Source: Patescibacteria group bacterium (GTDB lineage: Bacteria > Patescibacteriota > Minisyncoccia > UBA6257 > 2-01-FULL-56-20). Taken from it: a stretch of DNA of 41,195 nt. Positions 1 to 11,749 of the stretch are shown here, one piece after another (the stretch's first letter is position 1; the number at the start of each line of letters is the position of its first letter). A program made the translations under genes and the position numbers. The stretch spans positions 1-41,195 of the forward strand of contig JANWZH010000002.1 in assembly GCA_025054755.1 (NCBI GenBank), in the 5' to 3' direction. The notes beneath the pieces are model-generated. The model saw nothing but the letters and a program-made list of their open reading frames with translations. It made no database searches and was not told the DNA's origin.

Positions 1-11
1 ATTTTTGAAAT

Positions 12-1247
12 ATGCGTAAAATTTTAATTTTAGGTGGAGGTTTTGGAGGTATTTTTACTGTTAAAAATTTATTTAAATATTTTAAAAATGATTTTAATAC
101 AGAAATTATTTTAATTGATAGCAGGAATTATTTTTTATTTACGCCATTATTAGGCGAAGCTGCAACTGGTGGAGTTTCTTTAAGAGATATTATTGAGCCA
201 ATTAGAGAGATTTTTAATTATAAAAATTTTAAATTTATTCATAGTAAAATTTTGGAAATTGATTTAGATAATAAAAATATTATTTTAGAATGTGGGGAAA
301 TTAATTATGATTATTTGGTTATTTCTTTGGGTTCTGTTCCTAATTTTTATGATATAGTAGGAGCAGAAAAATATGCTTTTACATTAAAATCAATTGATGA
401 TGCTAATAAGCTTAAAAAACATTTAATAAATATTTTTGAAAGAGCATCTTTTTTAATAGAAAAAAATAATAATTTAAATTCTTTATTAAATTTTGTTATT
501 GTTGGGGGTGGTCCAACTGGAGTAGAATTAGCAGCAGAGATTCATAATTTATTTTTTAATACGTTTAAAAAAATGTATCCATTAGATTTAATTAAAAATG
601 TTAATATTTTTATTATTGAGAAAAATAATGAGCTGGTTTCAAATTTTAATCCAATTTTAAGGAAAAAAGTTTTTCAAAGAATATTTGATTTGGGCATTAA
701 AGTTTTATTAAATAAATCGATTAAAGAAGTTAGTAAAGAATTTATTGTTTTAGATGATAATCAAAAAATTTTGACTCAAACAGTTATTTGGACTGCTGGA
801 GTAAGACCAGCTGACGTAAGAATAATAGGAAAGATTAATTTTAAAAATAATAGAATTTTAGTAAATGAATTTTTGCAGATTAATAATTATCCAGAAGTTT
901 TTGCTATTGGAGATTATGCTTATATTCAAAATAAAGATGGTGTGGCGGTGCCTCAATTAGCTCAGGCTGCAGTAGCCGAGGCTAAAATTGTTGCTTTGAA
1001 TATTAAAAATTTAATTTTAAAAAATAATTTAATTAAATTTGAATTTAAGCTCAAAGGTTATTTAATTCCTTTGGGCAAACTTTTTGCAGTTGGCGAAATC
1101 CATAATTTAATAGTAAGTGGAATTTTAGCTTGGATTTTATGGAGATTGGTTTATGTTTCAAAAATTATATTATTAAGAAACAAAATTAAAACCTTAATTG
1201 ATTGGATAGTTGATTTATTTTTGCCAAGAAATACTTCAGAAATTTAA
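12..1247 (+). CDS. ndh: Type II NADH dehydrogenase (NDH-2) / FAD-dependent pyridine nucleotide-disulfide oxidoreductase
   Basis: 411-aa ORF. Two Rossmann dinucleotide-binding motifs (ILILGGGFGG at the N-terminus, VIVGGGPTGVELAAE mid-protein), an AIGD motif and a hydrophobic C-terminal tail typical of NDH-2. Confidence 0.8.
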   Translation: MRKILILGGGFGGIFTVKNLFKYFKNDFNTEIILIDSRNYFLFTPLLGEAATGGVSLRDIIEPIREIFNYKNFKFIHSKILEIDLDNKNIILECGEINYDYLVISLGSVPNFYDIVGAEKYAFTLKSIDDANKLKKHLINIFERASFLIEKNNNLNSLLNFVIVGGGPTGVELAAEIHNLFFNTFKKMYPLDLIKNVNIFIIEKNNELVSNFNPILRKKVFQRIFDLGIKVLLNKSIKEVSKEFIVLDDNQKILTQTVIWTAGVRPADVRIIGKINFKNNRILVNEFLQINNYPEVFAIGDYAYIQNKDGVAVPQLAQAAVAEAKIVALNIKNLILKNNLIKFEFKLKGYLIPLGKLFAVGEIHNLIVSGILAWILWRLVYVSKIILLRNKIKTLIDWIVDLFLPRNTSEI

Positions 1248-1396
1248 AACATTTTTATTTTTAAATTTTAATTTTAAATATTTTGCTAAAAAATATAAAA
1301 AATATATAATAAATAATTATTAAAATTTAATAAAATTTTAATAAGGTTGATTAGTCGGATTCTTATTTGTTTAAATTTTTAAATTTATTTTATACA

Positions 1397-1831
1397 ATGT
1401 TTAGAAAGTTCGATATTTTTTTAATTGATTTATTTTACAGAATTTGGAGGCCGTTAAGTAGAATATCTTTATTTATAGTATTTTTTTATTTTGGGTTACT
1501 TAAAGTTTTAAATTTAAGTCCAGCAACTCCATTAGTTGAATTATTGGCTCAAAAAACAATTAATTTTATAAACTTTAATTATTTCTTAGTTTTTTTTGGA
1601 ATATTTGAAATGATTATTGGATTATTTTTTATTTTGCCAAATTTTGAAAGAATTGCTATTTTTTTATTATTTTTGCACATGATAACAACTTTTTTGCCAT
1701 TAGTTTTTTTATATGATATTACTTGGTCTGGATTTTTAATTCCAACTTTAGAAGGACAATATATTATTAAAAATTTAGTAATTATTTCTTTGGCTTTAGT
1801 AATAGGTGGTCATCTTAATAAAAATAATTAA
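1397..1831 (+). CDS. Small polytopic membrane protein (DoxX/YkgB-like), function unknown
   Basis: ORF track gives 1367..1831 from a TTG start; the first ATG in frame is at 1397. The sequence is almost entirely hydrophobic with about 4 predicted TM segments. Family assignment is weak. Confidence 0.5.
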   Translation: MFRKFDIFLIDLFYRIWRPLSRISLFIVFFYFGLLKVLNLSPATPLVELLAQKTINFINFNYFLVFFGIFEMIIGLFFILPNFERIAIFLLFLHMITTFLPLVFLYDITWSGFLIPTLEGQYIIKNLVIISLALVIGGHLNKNN

Positions 1832-1832
1832 T

Positions 1833-2351
1833 ATGGATATTTTTGCTCATGCTCTTTGGACAAATTTAGTTCATGGTTATACTATACATAAAAAAGAAAT
1901 TAATATTTCTAAATTTTGGTCTATTTTTTGGGGAGTTTTTCCAGATTTTTTTGCTTTTACGCCAATATTTTTTTGGTCAATAATTAATCGTATTAATTTA
2001 AAACCAGAAGACATAGAGCCAATAAATAAAGATTCTTTATTTATTTTTAATTTTACTCATAATCTTTATAATATTAGTCATAGCTTAATTATTTTTGGAA
2101 TTATATTTTTGATTGTTTATTTAATTAAGAAAAAAATTTATTTTGCTTTATTTGGTTGGCCATTACATATTTTAATTGATATACCTACTCATTCTTATAG
2201 ATTTTATCCAACTCCTTTTTTATGGCCAATTTCTGATTTTAAGTTTGGTGGTATTTCTTGGGGGGTTCCTTGGTTTATGTTTTTAAATTATTCTTTAATT
2301 CTAATTTTTTATTTAATAGCATTTTTAAAATTTAAAAATAAACAATTTTGA
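1833..2351 (+). CDS. Membrane-bound metal-dependent hydrolase-like protein (YdjM/DUF457-like)
   Basis: ORF track 1806..2351; the in-frame ATG at 1833 lies just after the upstream stop. Multi-TM protein with His-rich motifs (FAHALW, SHSLI, HILIDIPTHS) resembling the YdjM family. Confidence 0.55.
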   Translation: MDIFAHALWTNLVHGYTIHKKEINISKFWSIFWGVFPDFFAFTPIFFWSIINRINLKPEDIEPINKDSLFIFNFTHNLYNISHSLIIFGIIFLIVYLIKKKIYFALFGWPLHILIDIPTHSYRFYPTPFLWPISDFKFGGISWGVPWFMFLNYSLILIFYLIAFLKFKNKQF

Positions 2352-2375
2352 CTTTAATTTTATATTCATTATAAT
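2348..2375 (+). promoter_or_regulatory. Putative sigma-70 promoter of ftsH (TTGACT-16 nt-TATAAT), only 9 nt before the ATG
   Basis: TTGACT at 2348-2353 and TATAAT at 2370-2375 with a 16-nt spacer; ATG at 2385. AT-rich background makes chance matches likely. Confidence 0.4.
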
Positions 2376-2384
2376 TATAAAAAT

Positions 2385-4226
2385 ATGAAAAATTTTTATA
2401 AAAATTTATTTTTAATTATTTCAATTTTTATTTCTATTTCATTATTTTTTTCTTTTTTTATGACAAAAAATAATGAGATTATTGATTTAAGCTTAAATCA
2501 GCTAGCTCAAAAGATTAACAATAATGAAGTTAAAAAAATTATTATTTCTGGAAGTCAATTAAACATTTTGTTAAATGATGATAAAAAAGCTATTGCTCAA
2601 AAAGAAAATGAATCTGGAATTATTGAAACATTAAAAAATCTTGGAACAAAAGAAGATGCTTTACAAAAAGTAGATATTGTTGTTCAAAATGAAAGTGGTT
2701 TAAGGTTTTGGGCCGGAGTTTTAATTCCAACAATCTTGCCTCTGCTTTTAATTATGCTTTTTTTCTGGTTTACATTCAGGCAAGCTAAAAGTGGAATTAA
2801 TCAAGCTTTTACTTTTGGAAGATCCAACATTAGATTGTTTTCTCCAAAATTTCATGAAAGAATAACTTTTAAAGATGTAGCTGGCTTAAAAGAAGCTAAA
2901 GAAGAATTAACTGAAATTGTTGATTTTTTGAAAAGTCCTAAAAAATATTTAGATATTGGAGCACGTATTCCTCGTGGAGTTTTATTGGTTGGTCATCCAG
3001 GAACTGGAAAAACTCTTTTAGCTAAGGCTGTGGCTGGAGAAAGCAATGTTCCTTTTTTCCATGTTTCTGCTTCAGAGTTTGTTGAAATGTTTGTGGGCGT
3101 TGGCGCTGCGAGAATCAGAGATGCTTTTCAAACTGCTAAAAGTGCCGCACCATCAATTTTGTTTATAGATGAAATTGATGCGGTTGGTAGGCAACGTGGA
3201 GCTGGATTGGGGGGTGGAAACGACGAACGAGAACAAACTTTAAATCAAATTTTAGTAGAATTAGATGGTTTTGATAGGAATACTCAATTAATAGTTTTGG
3301 CAGCAACAAATAGGCCAGATGTTTTAGATCCTGCTTTGCTCCGTCCTGGAAGATTTGATAGAAGAATAATTTTGGATTTACCAGATATTAATGATCGAGA
3401 AGAAATTTTAAAAATTCATGCTAGAAATAAACAATTAGAACCGGATGTTGATTTGAAAAAAGTAGCGGTTCGCACTCCTGGTTTTTCCGGGGCAGATTTA
3501 GCTAATTTGATTAATGAAGCTGCAATTTTAGCTGCTAGAAAAAATAAAACTAAAATTAGTCAAAATGAATTATTTGAAGCAATTGAAAAAGTTATTTTAG
3601 GACCAGAGCGAAAAAATAAATCAATTTCTCAAAAAGAAAAAGAAATTACAGCTTATCACGAAGGAGGTCATGCTTTGGTTGCAGCAGCAATAAAAGAATC
3701 TGATCCAGTTCATAAGGTTTCAATTATTAGTCGTGGTTTCGCTGGTGGATATACAATGAAATTGCCAATTGAAGAAAGAAGACTTAAAACTAGAAAACAA
3801 TTTTTAGCTGATTTAGCTATGATGCTTGGTGGATATGCTGCTGAAAAAATTGTTTTTGAAGATATTTCTACTGGAGCTTCAAATGATTTAAAAGAAGCAA
3901 CTGATTTAACTAGAAAATTGGTAACAAGATATGGAATGAGTAATTTGGGTCCAATTACTTTTGGCGAGACAGAAGAATTAATATTTTTGGGCAGAGAAAT
4001 AGCAACTGAAAAAAATTATTCTGAAGAAACAGCTAAAAAAATAGATGAAGAAGTTAAAAGAATAATTGATCATGTTTACAACTTAACTATTTCTATTATA
4101 AAGAAAAATAAAAAAATATTAGATAAAATTGCTCAAGTTTTAATGGAAAAAGAAACCTTAGAACAAGAAGAATTTTATGAATTGTTAAAGCCATTTAAAC
4201 TTAAACAAGTTTCTATTAATTTTTAA
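2385..4226 (+). CDS. ftsH: ATP-dependent zinc metalloprotease FtsH
   Basis: 613 aa. Two N-terminal TM segments, AAA+ Walker A GHPGTGKT, Walker [12 protein letters not shown] region [20 protein letters not shown] and the zinc motif HEGGHAL. Confidence 0.95.
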   Translation: MKNFYKNLFLIISIFISISLFFSFFMTKNNEIIDLSLNQLAQKINNNEVKKIIISGSQLNILLNDDKKAIAQKENESGIIETLKNLGTKEDALQKVDIVVQNESGLRFWAGVLIPTILPLLLIMLFFWFTFRQAKSGINQAFTFGRSNIRLFSPKFHERITFKDVAGLKEAKEELTEIVDFLKSPKKYLDIGARIPRGVLLVGHPGTGKTLLAKAVAGESNVPFFHVSASEFVEMFVGVGAARIRDAFQTAKSAAPSILFIDEIDAVGRQRGAGLGGGNDEREQTLNQILVELDGFDRNTQLIVLAATNRPDVLDPALLRPGRFDRRIILDLPDINDREEILKIHARNKQLEPDVDLKKVAVRTPGFSGADLANLINEAAILAARKNKTKISQNELFEAIEKVILGPERKNKSISQKEKEITAYHEGGHALVAAAIKESDPVHKVSIISRGFAGGYTMKLPIEERRLKTRKQFLADLAMMLGGYAAEKIVFEDISTGASNDLKEATDLTRKLVTRYGMSNLGPITFGETEELIFLGREIATEKNYSEETAKKIDEEVKRIIDHVYNLTISIIKKNKKILDKIAQVLMEKETLEQEEFYELLKPFKLKQVSINF

Positions 4227-4287
4227 ATATTTCTATTAATTTTTTAATATTTTTTGTAATTTCATATTTTTTTGTTATTATTAAATT

Positions 4288-5562
4288 ATGAGTTCTTATA
4301 AAAAAGTAATTTTTTCAAATGGTTTAAGATTAATTTTAGTTCCTCAGTCAAACAGTTTAGCAACAACTATTTTGATTTTAGTAGAGGCTGGTTCAGAATA
4401 TGAAACAAAAGAAATTAATGGCATTTCTCACTTTTTAGAGCATATGTGTTTTAAGGGAACTAAAAATAGGCCAAATCCTGGAATTATTGCTGAAGAGCTT
4501 GATAGCTTAGGCGCAGAATATAATGCTTTTACTTCGCAAGAATATACTGGTTATTGGGCTAAGGTTCAAAATAATAAGATTAATGAAGCAATTGATATTG
4601 TTTCTGATCTTTACTTAAATCCTATTTTTGATGAAAAAGAAATAGAAAAAGAAAAAGGAGTAATTATTGAAGAAATTAATATGTATGAAGATATACCAAT
4701 GCGTCGAGTCCAAGATTTATTTATGCAATTACTTTATGGTGATCAACCAGCTGGGTGGGATATTGCTGGGCAAAAGGAAATTATTCAAAAATTGCAAAAA
4801 AAAGATTTTATTGATTACAGATTCAAACATTATATTTCTTCTAAAACTGTTATAGTAGTAGCTGGTAATTTTAATCAAAAATTAGTTACTAAAAAAATTG
4901 AAAAGATCTTTGGTAATTTGCCAAAGAAGAAAAAAATTTTAAAACCAAAAACTATTTGGGAACAAAACAAACCTCAAACTTTAATTAAGTTTAAAGAATC
5001 TGATCAAGACCATTTAGTTTTAGGAGTTAGAACATTTGATATTTTTGACAAAAGAAAATACATTTTACAAGTTTTATCAAATATTTTAGGAGGAGGAATG
5101 AGCTCTAGATTATTTAAAAAAATCAGAGAAGAGCTTGGTGCAGCTTATTATGTTAGAGCTGGCATAGATTTATTTATTGATCATGGTTTTTTAGCTGTTT
5201 CAGTTGGTTCTCATCATGATAAAACCAAAATTGTAATAAAAACTATTTTAGATGAATTTAAAAAATTAACTAAAGAATTAGTTTCGCAAGATGAGCTTGA
5301 AAAAGCTAAGAATCATTTAATTGGTAATTTTATTTTAGGCCTAGAAACTTCAGATGAATTAGCTTTTTTCTATGGAGGAGAAGAATTATTAACCAAAAAA
5401 ATATATAAACCTGAAGAAATTATTAAAAATATTAAAAAAGTTCAACCTGAAGATATTCGAAATATTGCTCGATTAATTTTTAAAGATTCTATTTTAAATT
5501 TAGCAATTATAGGCCCATACAAGGAAGATATTTTTAAAAATATTTTAAGTTTAAAAGCGTAA
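4288..5562 (+). CDS. M16 family zinc peptidase (insulinase/pitrilysin-like)
   Basis: 424 aa. Inverted zinc-binding motif HFLEHMCFKGT (HxxEH) near the N-terminus and the two-domain M16 length. Confidence 0.85.
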   Translation: MSSYKKVIFSNGLRLILVPQSNSLATTILILVEAGSEYETKEINGISHFLEHMCFKGTKNRPNPGIIAEELDSLGAEYNAFTSQEYTGYWAKVQNNKINEAIDIVSDLYLNPIFDEKEIEKEKGVIIEEINMYEDIPMRRVQDLFMQLLYGDQPAGWDIAGQKEIIQKLQKKDFIDYRFKHYISSKTVIVVAGNFNQKLVTKKIEKIFGNLPKKKKILKPKTIWEQNKPQTLIKFKESDQDHLVLGVRTFDIFDKRKYILQVLSNILGGGMSSRLFKKIREELGAAYYVRAGIDLFIDHGFLAVSVGSHHDKTKIVIKTILDEFKKLTKELVSQDELEKAKNHLIGNFILGLETSDELAFFYGGEELLTKKIYKPEEIIKNIKKVQPEDIRNIARLIFKDSILNLAIIGPYKEDIFKNILSLKA

Positions 5563-5611
5563 TTGTTTTAGTTTTAAAACGTTATATTATATTATTAAAA
5601 AAAGATTAAAA

Positions 5612-6619
5612 ATGGAAAGAAAATTTTTTGAAATTTCATGGTTAAGTTTATGGAGAGTATTATTTTTTGGAATATCTGTTTTTATTTTTTATTTAGCTAG
5701 TGATATATTTTTGGCTTTATTTTTGGCTATTGTAATTTCTTCTGGGTTAGATTTTTTTATTGATTTTTTAGAAAAGAGAGGACTGCCACGAGTTTTGGGC
5801 ACTATTTTTGTATTTATTGTTATTGCTTTAATTATAATAATTATTTTATATACAGTAATTCCTTTAATTTTAATAGATATAAATACAGTTTATAAAAGTT
5901 TATCAAAATATGGTTTAAGTAAATTTATACCATCTATTTTCTTAAAACAACCAACTTCATTTGGTGATTTTATTGATAAAATATCTGCTCAATTTTTTAG
6001 TGATGCGGCTTCGCCGTTAGAGGTTTTTGGAGGATTAATTGGAAATGCGACTCTTTTTGTTTCTATTATTATAATTTCTTTTTATTTATGTATAACTAAA
6101 AATGGCATTGAACGTTTTATTTTGGCTGTTTTCCCAGAAAATATTGAGCAAAAAGCATTAAAAATTTATAATAAATCTTTAATTAGAATTAGTCGTTGGT
6201 TTAGGGCTCAAATATTTTTAAGTTTGACAATGTTTATTTTAGTTTTCATAACTTTATATTTTTTGGGTGTTAAAAATTACTTCTTTTTAGCTTTACTTGC
6301 CGGATTATTTGAAATTATTCCTTATGTTGGTCCTATTATTGCTGGCGGAGCAGCAACAATTTCAGCATTAACTAGCTCTGTTTCTTTAGCCGTTTATACT
6401 TTAATTATATTTATTATTTTACAACAATTAGAAAATCATTTTTTGGTGCCATTATTTATGAAAAAAAGCATTGACCTTCACCCAGTAATTGTTATTGTTG
6501 CTTTATTGGTTGGTGGTCGTTTGGGTGGTTTTTTGGGAGTTTTAATTTCTGTACCGTTATTGGTAGTTATTCAAGAAATGTTAGAAGAATGGTTAGATAA
6601 ATCAAAAAATATTAATTAG
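5612..6619 (+). CDS. AI-2E family transporter (PerM/YdiK-like permease)
   Basis: 335 aa polytopic membrane protein. The C-terminal region IIPYVGPIIAGG...LENHFLVP...HPVIVIVALL is characteristic of the AI-2E/UPF0118 family. Confidence 0.8.
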   Translation: MERKFFEISWLSLWRVLFFGISVFIFYLASDIFLALFLAIVISSGLDFFIDFLEKRGLPRVLGTIFVFIVIALIIIIILYTVIPLILIDINTVYKSLSKYGLSKFIPSIFLKQPTSFGDFIDKISAQFFSDAASPLEVFGGLIGNATLFVSIIIISFYLCITKNGIERFILAVFPENIEQKALKIYNKSLIRISRWFRAQIFLSLTMFILVFITLYFLGVKNYFFLALLAGLFEIIPYVGPIIAGGAATISALTSSVSLAVYTLIIFIILQQLENHFLVPLFMKKSIDLHPVIVIVALLVGGRLGGFLGVLISVPLLVVIQEMLEEWLDKSKNIN

Positions 6620-6630
6620 ATGGTTAAATT

Positions 6631-8070
6631 ATGAAAAAATTTTATATTACAACAACTTTGCCTTATGTAAATGCTTCTTTGCACATTGGTCATTCTTTAG
6701 AATTTGTTTTTGCTGATATTATTGCAAGATTTAAAAGGCAGCAAGGCTATGATGTTATTTTTAATACTGGAACGGATGAACATGGATTAAAAATTTATAG
6801 AACTGCTATTTCTCAAAATAAAAATCCACAAGAATATGTAGATGAACAAGCTGAAAAATTTAAAAAATTAATAAAAGACTTAAATTTAAGTGTAACTAAT
6901 TTTATTAGAACTACTGATCAATTTCATATTGAATCTGCTAAATATTTTTGGAATTTATGTAAAAAAAATGGAGATATTTATAAAGGAATATATAAAGCTA
7001 AATATTGTGTGGGATGCGAAATGGAAAAGACTGATTCTGAATTAGAAAACAATAAATGCCCATTGCATCCTAATTTAGAATTAGAAATTTTTGAAGAAGA
7101 AAATTATTTTTTTAGATTTTCTAAATATCAAAATAATCTTTTAAAATTGTATGAAAATCAAGATTTTATTTTGCCTTTAGCTAGGTTAAACGAAATTAAA
7201 AATTTTGTATCTGGAGGATTACAAGATTTTAGTATTTCAAGATTAAAATCAAAAATGCCATGGGGGATAGATGTTCCAGATGATAATGATCATGTAATGT
7301 ATGTTTGGTTTGATGCTTTAATTAATTATATTTCGACTTTAGGCTGGCCAAATGATTTAAAAAAATTTAATGATTTTTGGCCTGGTATTCAAATTGCTGG
7401 AAAGGATAATTTGCGTCAACAATCTGCTATTTGGCAAGCTATGCTTTTGTCGGCTGGACTTTTGCCATCACAACAAATTATTATTCATGGTTTTATTACA
7501 ATTGATGGTCAAAAAATTAGCAAAACTATAGGTAATGTTATTTATCCAGAAGATATTATTAAAAAATATTCTAATGATGCTTTACGTTTTTGGTTTGCAT
7601 CAGAAATTGGCATTTTTGATGATGGTGATTTTAGTTTAGAAAAATTTGATGAAGTTTATAATGCTAAATTAGTTAATGGGTTAGGAAATTTTTATTCTCG
7701 AGTTTTAGCTTTAGCTGAAAAAATTGGAGATTTTAATTTTAATGAAAATATTTTTAATGATTTTAGGTTTAAGATTGATCAAGCGAAGCAATTAATTTAT
7801 CAAAAAATGGAAAATTATTTATTTAAAGAAGCCCTATCTGAAATTTGGTCATTAATTGCTTTTGGTGATTTATTTATTGATAAAACAGAGCCATGGAAAG
7901 ATTTCAATAAGGATAATATTTATAATTTAATTGTGTTATTAGATAATATTGGTTATTTAATTTATCCTTTTATGCCCGAAACATCAGAAATTATTCAAAA
8001 ATCAATTTTAATAGAAAATAATATAATGAAAGCTAAAAGGCAAAAAATTTTATTTCCAAAAGTAAAATAA
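6631..8070 (+). CDS. metG: Methionyl-tRNA synthetase (short form, no C-terminal tRNA-binding domain)
   Basis: 479 aa. Class I HIGH motif (SLHIGH), KMSKS-type motif (KISKTIGN), Cys knuckle CVGCE...CPLH, WFDALINY. Confidence 0.9.
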   Translation: MKKFYITTTLPYVNASLHIGHSLEFVFADIIARFKRQQGYDVIFNTGTDEHGLKIYRTAISQNKNPQEYVDEQAEKFKKLIKDLNLSVTNFIRTTDQFHIESAKYFWNLCKKNGDIYKGIYKAKYCVGCEMEKTDSELENNKCPLHPNLELEIFEEENYFFRFSKYQNNLLKLYENQDFILPLARLNEIKNFVSGGLQDFSISRLKSKMPWGIDVPDDNDHVMYVWFDALINYISTLGWPNDLKKFNDFWPGIQIAGKDNLRQQSAIWQAMLLSAGLLPSQQIIIHGFITIDGQKISKTIGNVIYPEDIIKKYSNDALRFWFASEIGIFDDGDFSLEKFDEVYNAKLVNGLGNFYSRVLALAEKIGDFNFNENIFNDFRFKIDQAKQLIYQKMENYLFKEALSEIWSLIAFGDLFIDKTEPWKDFNKDNIYNLIVLLDNIGYLIYPFMPETSEIIQKSILIENNIMKAKRQKILFPKVK

Positions 8071-8080
8071 TTTAATTATT

Positions 8081-8929
8081 ATGGTTAAGTTTTTTGATGC
8101 ACATACTCATGTTCAATTTAATGCTTTTGCTCATGATTGGAAAGATGTTTTAGATAGAGCATTTAAAAATCAAATTGGTTTAATTAATGTTGGTACTAAT
8201 AAAATAACATCGCAAAAAGCTTTAAATTTAATTAATGATTATGCAAATTTAAATTCTAAATTTTTATACATATATGCTACAGTTGGTCTTCATCCAATTC
8301 ATATTAAAAAATCATTTCACGATCCTGATGAATTAGAAGAAAATGATTTTATGGGAGAAAATGATTTTGATTATGAATTTTATAGAAATTTGGCTTTAAA
8401 TTCAAAAGTTTTAGGTATTGGAGAATGCGGTTTAGACTATTTTAGATTAGAAAATAATGATGAAAAATTTAAACAAATTGATATATTTCAAAAACAAATT
8501 AAACTTAGTTTTGACATTAAAAAACCATTAATGATTCATTGTCGCAATGCTTATTCAGATTTAATTAAAGTTTTAAAAAATAATAAAAATTTATTAAATA
8601 ATTATTCAGGAATTGTTCATTTTTTTAGTGGTTCAAAAGATGATGCAAGACAATTATTAGATTTGGGTTTTTATTTTACTTTTGGTGGAGTAATTACTTT
8701 TACAAAAAATTATAATGAAGTAATTAGGTTTATTCCTTTAAATAGAATTTTATCTGAAACAGATGCGCCATATGTTGCGCCAGTTCCATATAGAGGCAAA
8801 AGAAATGAGCCATTATATGTAATTGAAGTTGTTAAAAAATTAGCTGAAATTAAAAATATAGATTTTAATGATTTGAATGTTAAAATTTTAGAAAATTTAC
8901 ATAACTTATTTAATATAAATTTTAATTAA
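8081..8929 (+). CDS. tatD: TatD family metal-dependent deoxyribonuclease/hydrolase
   Basis: 282 aa. N-terminal FDAHTHV, GECGLDY, HCRNA, VHFFSG and ETDAPY motifs in the canonical TatD order. Confidence 0.85.
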   Translation: MVKFFDAHTHVQFNAFAHDWKDVLDRAFKNQIGLINVGTNKITSQKALNLINDYANLNSKFLYIYATVGLHPIHIKKSFHDPDELEENDFMGENDFDYEFYRNLALNSKVLGIGECGLDYFRLENNDEKFKQIDIFQKQIKLSFDIKKPLMIHCRNAYSDLIKVLKNNKNLLNNYSGIVHFFSGSKDDARQLLDLGFYFTFGGVITFTKNYNEVIRFIPLNRILSETDAPYVAPVPYRGKRNEPLYVIEVVKKLAEIKNIDFNDLNVKILENLHNLFNINFN

Positions 8930-8948
8930 ATATTTTTTATTTTGGCTC

Positions 8949-8976
8949 TTGACTTGTTTTATTGTTTTAATATAAT
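8949..8976 (+). promoter_or_regulatory. Putative 16S rRNA promoter (TTGACT-16 nt-TATAAT)
   Basis: TTGACT at 8949-8954 and TATAAT at 8971-8976, about 145 nt upstream of the mature 16S 5' end. Followed by leader hairpins at 8983-9001, 9066-9094 and 9097-9118. Confidence 0.5.
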
Positions 8977-9031
8977 AAATGAGAATCCTTTAAAAGGATT
9001 CGTTTTGTTTATTTTAGATTTTTGAAAATTT

Positions 9032-9059
9032 AAAACTAGAAAAGTTTTTTAGTTGTCCC
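9032..9059 (+). other. 5' arm of the 16S precursor processing stem (RNase III-type)
   Basis: aaaactagaaaagttttttagttgtccc is complementary to 10777-10804 (gggacaactaaaaaacttttttagtttt): 28 bp with one G-U pair, bracketing the 16S gene. Confidence 0.8.
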
Positions 9060-9119
9060 GCCTTTTGCATATTTTTGGCTAAATAAAATATGCATCTGCC
9101 AAATTTTTAAATTTGGCAA

Positions 9120-10660
<1,541 letters not shown>

Positions 10661-10775
10661 AAACAAATGTTAAAAATTTAAAATAGTAGATTTTTATAAA
10701 TCTACTAGCTAATTATTAGTTTACTAGTCGGGTAAACAATAATTAGTGATATTTTAAATTTTTAAACATTTGTTT
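10661..10775 (+). other. Structured 16S 3' trailer (three-helix element inside the processing stem)
   Basis: Outer stem 10661-10684 pairs with 10751-10775 (24 bp, one bulge). Inner hairpins are 10684-10707 (10-bp stem) and about 10709-10747 (about 15 bp, one bulge). Confidence 0.6.
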
Positions 10776-10776
10776 T

Positions 10777-10804
10777 GGGACAACTAAAAAACTTTTTTAG
10801 TTTT
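10777..10804 (+). other. 3' arm of the 16S precursor processing stem
   Basis: Reverse complement of 9032-9059 (see the 5' arm). Confidence 0.8.
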
Positions 10805-10853
10805 ATTTTTAAAAAAATTGTCAAAAAAAATATAGAATGTTAAAATTATAATT

Positions 10854-11234
10854 ATGAATGATAATCAGCCTAAGATTTTTATTATTGAAGATGATAAATT
10901 TTTATCATTAGTTTTGAAGGGTAGACTAGAAAGAGAGGGCATAAAAGTTTTTCAAGCTTTTGATGGCAAAGAAGCTTTAGATCTTTTAAAACAAGAAATT
11001 CCAGATTTGATTTTATTGGATTTAATTATGCCAAACATGAGCGGTTTTGAATTTTTAGAAAATTTAAGACAAGATCCGCAATATGCTTCAATTCCAGTAG
11101 TAGTAATTAGTAATTTGGGACAAGAAACAGATGTCCAAAAAGCTAAAACTTTTGGTGTAATAGAATATTATGTTAAAGTTAGAACGTCGATTGAAGATTT
11201 AATATCAAGAATAAAAGAAATTATTCAAAAATAA
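10854..11234 (+). CDS. Single-domain response regulator (CheY-like receiver)
   Basis: 126 aa. Acidic pocket EDD near the N-terminus, phospho-acceptor context LILLDLIMP, then VISNLG and K (VKV). No output domain. Confidence 0.85.
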   Translation: MNDNQPKIFIIEDDKFLSLVLKGRLEREGIKVFQAFDGKEALDLLKQEIPDLILLDLIMPNMSGFEFLENLRQDPQYASIPVVVISNLGQETDVQKAKTFGVIEYYVKVRTSIEDLISRIKEIIQK

Positions 11235-11235
11235 T

Positions 11236-11553
11236 ATGATTGATAAAAAATTAATTCCACAAATTAAAACAGGGATAAAAGTTAGAGTTTATTCTACTCT
11301 AAATAAAGAACCGCTATCTCCATTTGAGGGTATTGTTATTGCTAGAAAGCATGGTAATGAACCAGGAGCAACTTTTACAGTACGTAGCATTATTTCGGGG
11401 GTTGGCGTTGAAAAGGTTTTTCCAATTTATTCTCCTGCTATTTCAAAATTAGAAATTATTGCTAAGCCCAAAAAGGTTAAAAGATCTAAACTTTATTGGA
11501 TTAGATCTGCTTCTGGGACAAAAATTAGAAAAAGACTTGGGGTTTCTATTTAA
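11236..11553 (+). CDS. rplS: 50S ribosomal protein L19
   Basis: 105 aa with the L19 signature pattern (G..V.V......EG......FEG.VIA.....GA.TFTVR....GVGVE..FP..SP....IE). Confidence 0.92.
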   Translation: MIDKKLIPQIKTGIKVRVYSTLNKEPLSPFEGIVIARKHGNEPGATFTVRSIISGVGVEKVFPIYSPAISKLEIIAKPKKVKRSKLYWIRSASGTKIRKRLGVSI

Positions 11554-11749
11554 TTTTAAATTTTAATTTTAAATTATTAATAACTTATTAATTTAAATTT
11601 ATTTTATTTTTTTATAATTTTAAAAAAGATAAGATTTTGTTTCTATAAATAATTTTATTTAATTTTAATTAATTTTAAAAAAGTTTATTATTAAATTTTT
11701 ATTTATCAAATAATTTGATTTCTTATTTTAAAATTTTTATTATTATAAT

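Noticed and set aside
4667-4855. Short nested or antisense ORFs: 4667..4855 (+), 14196..14456 (-), 31729..31944 (-), 34556..34897 (-)
   Set aside because: Each is wholly embedded in a longer ORF with strong family motifs (M16 peptidase, PpsA, the amidohydrolase-like gene, CobO). Their translations are low-complexity with no motifs, typical of shadow ORFs in AT-rich DNA.
10661-10853. Start of a 23S rRNA gene or spacer tRNAs downstream of 16S
   Set aside because: The region is AT-rich apart from hairpins. It closes with the 3' arm of the 16S processing stem and runs straight into a response-regulator gene. No tRNA cloverleaf or 23S 5' consensus is visible.
11554-11749. 196-nt intergenic region with the short palindrome atcaaat-a-atttgat (about 11705-11719), considered as a possible operator or sRNA
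   Set aside because: The region is nearly pure A/T with no stable stem-loops. A 7-bp A/T-rich palindrome is expected by chance at this composition.
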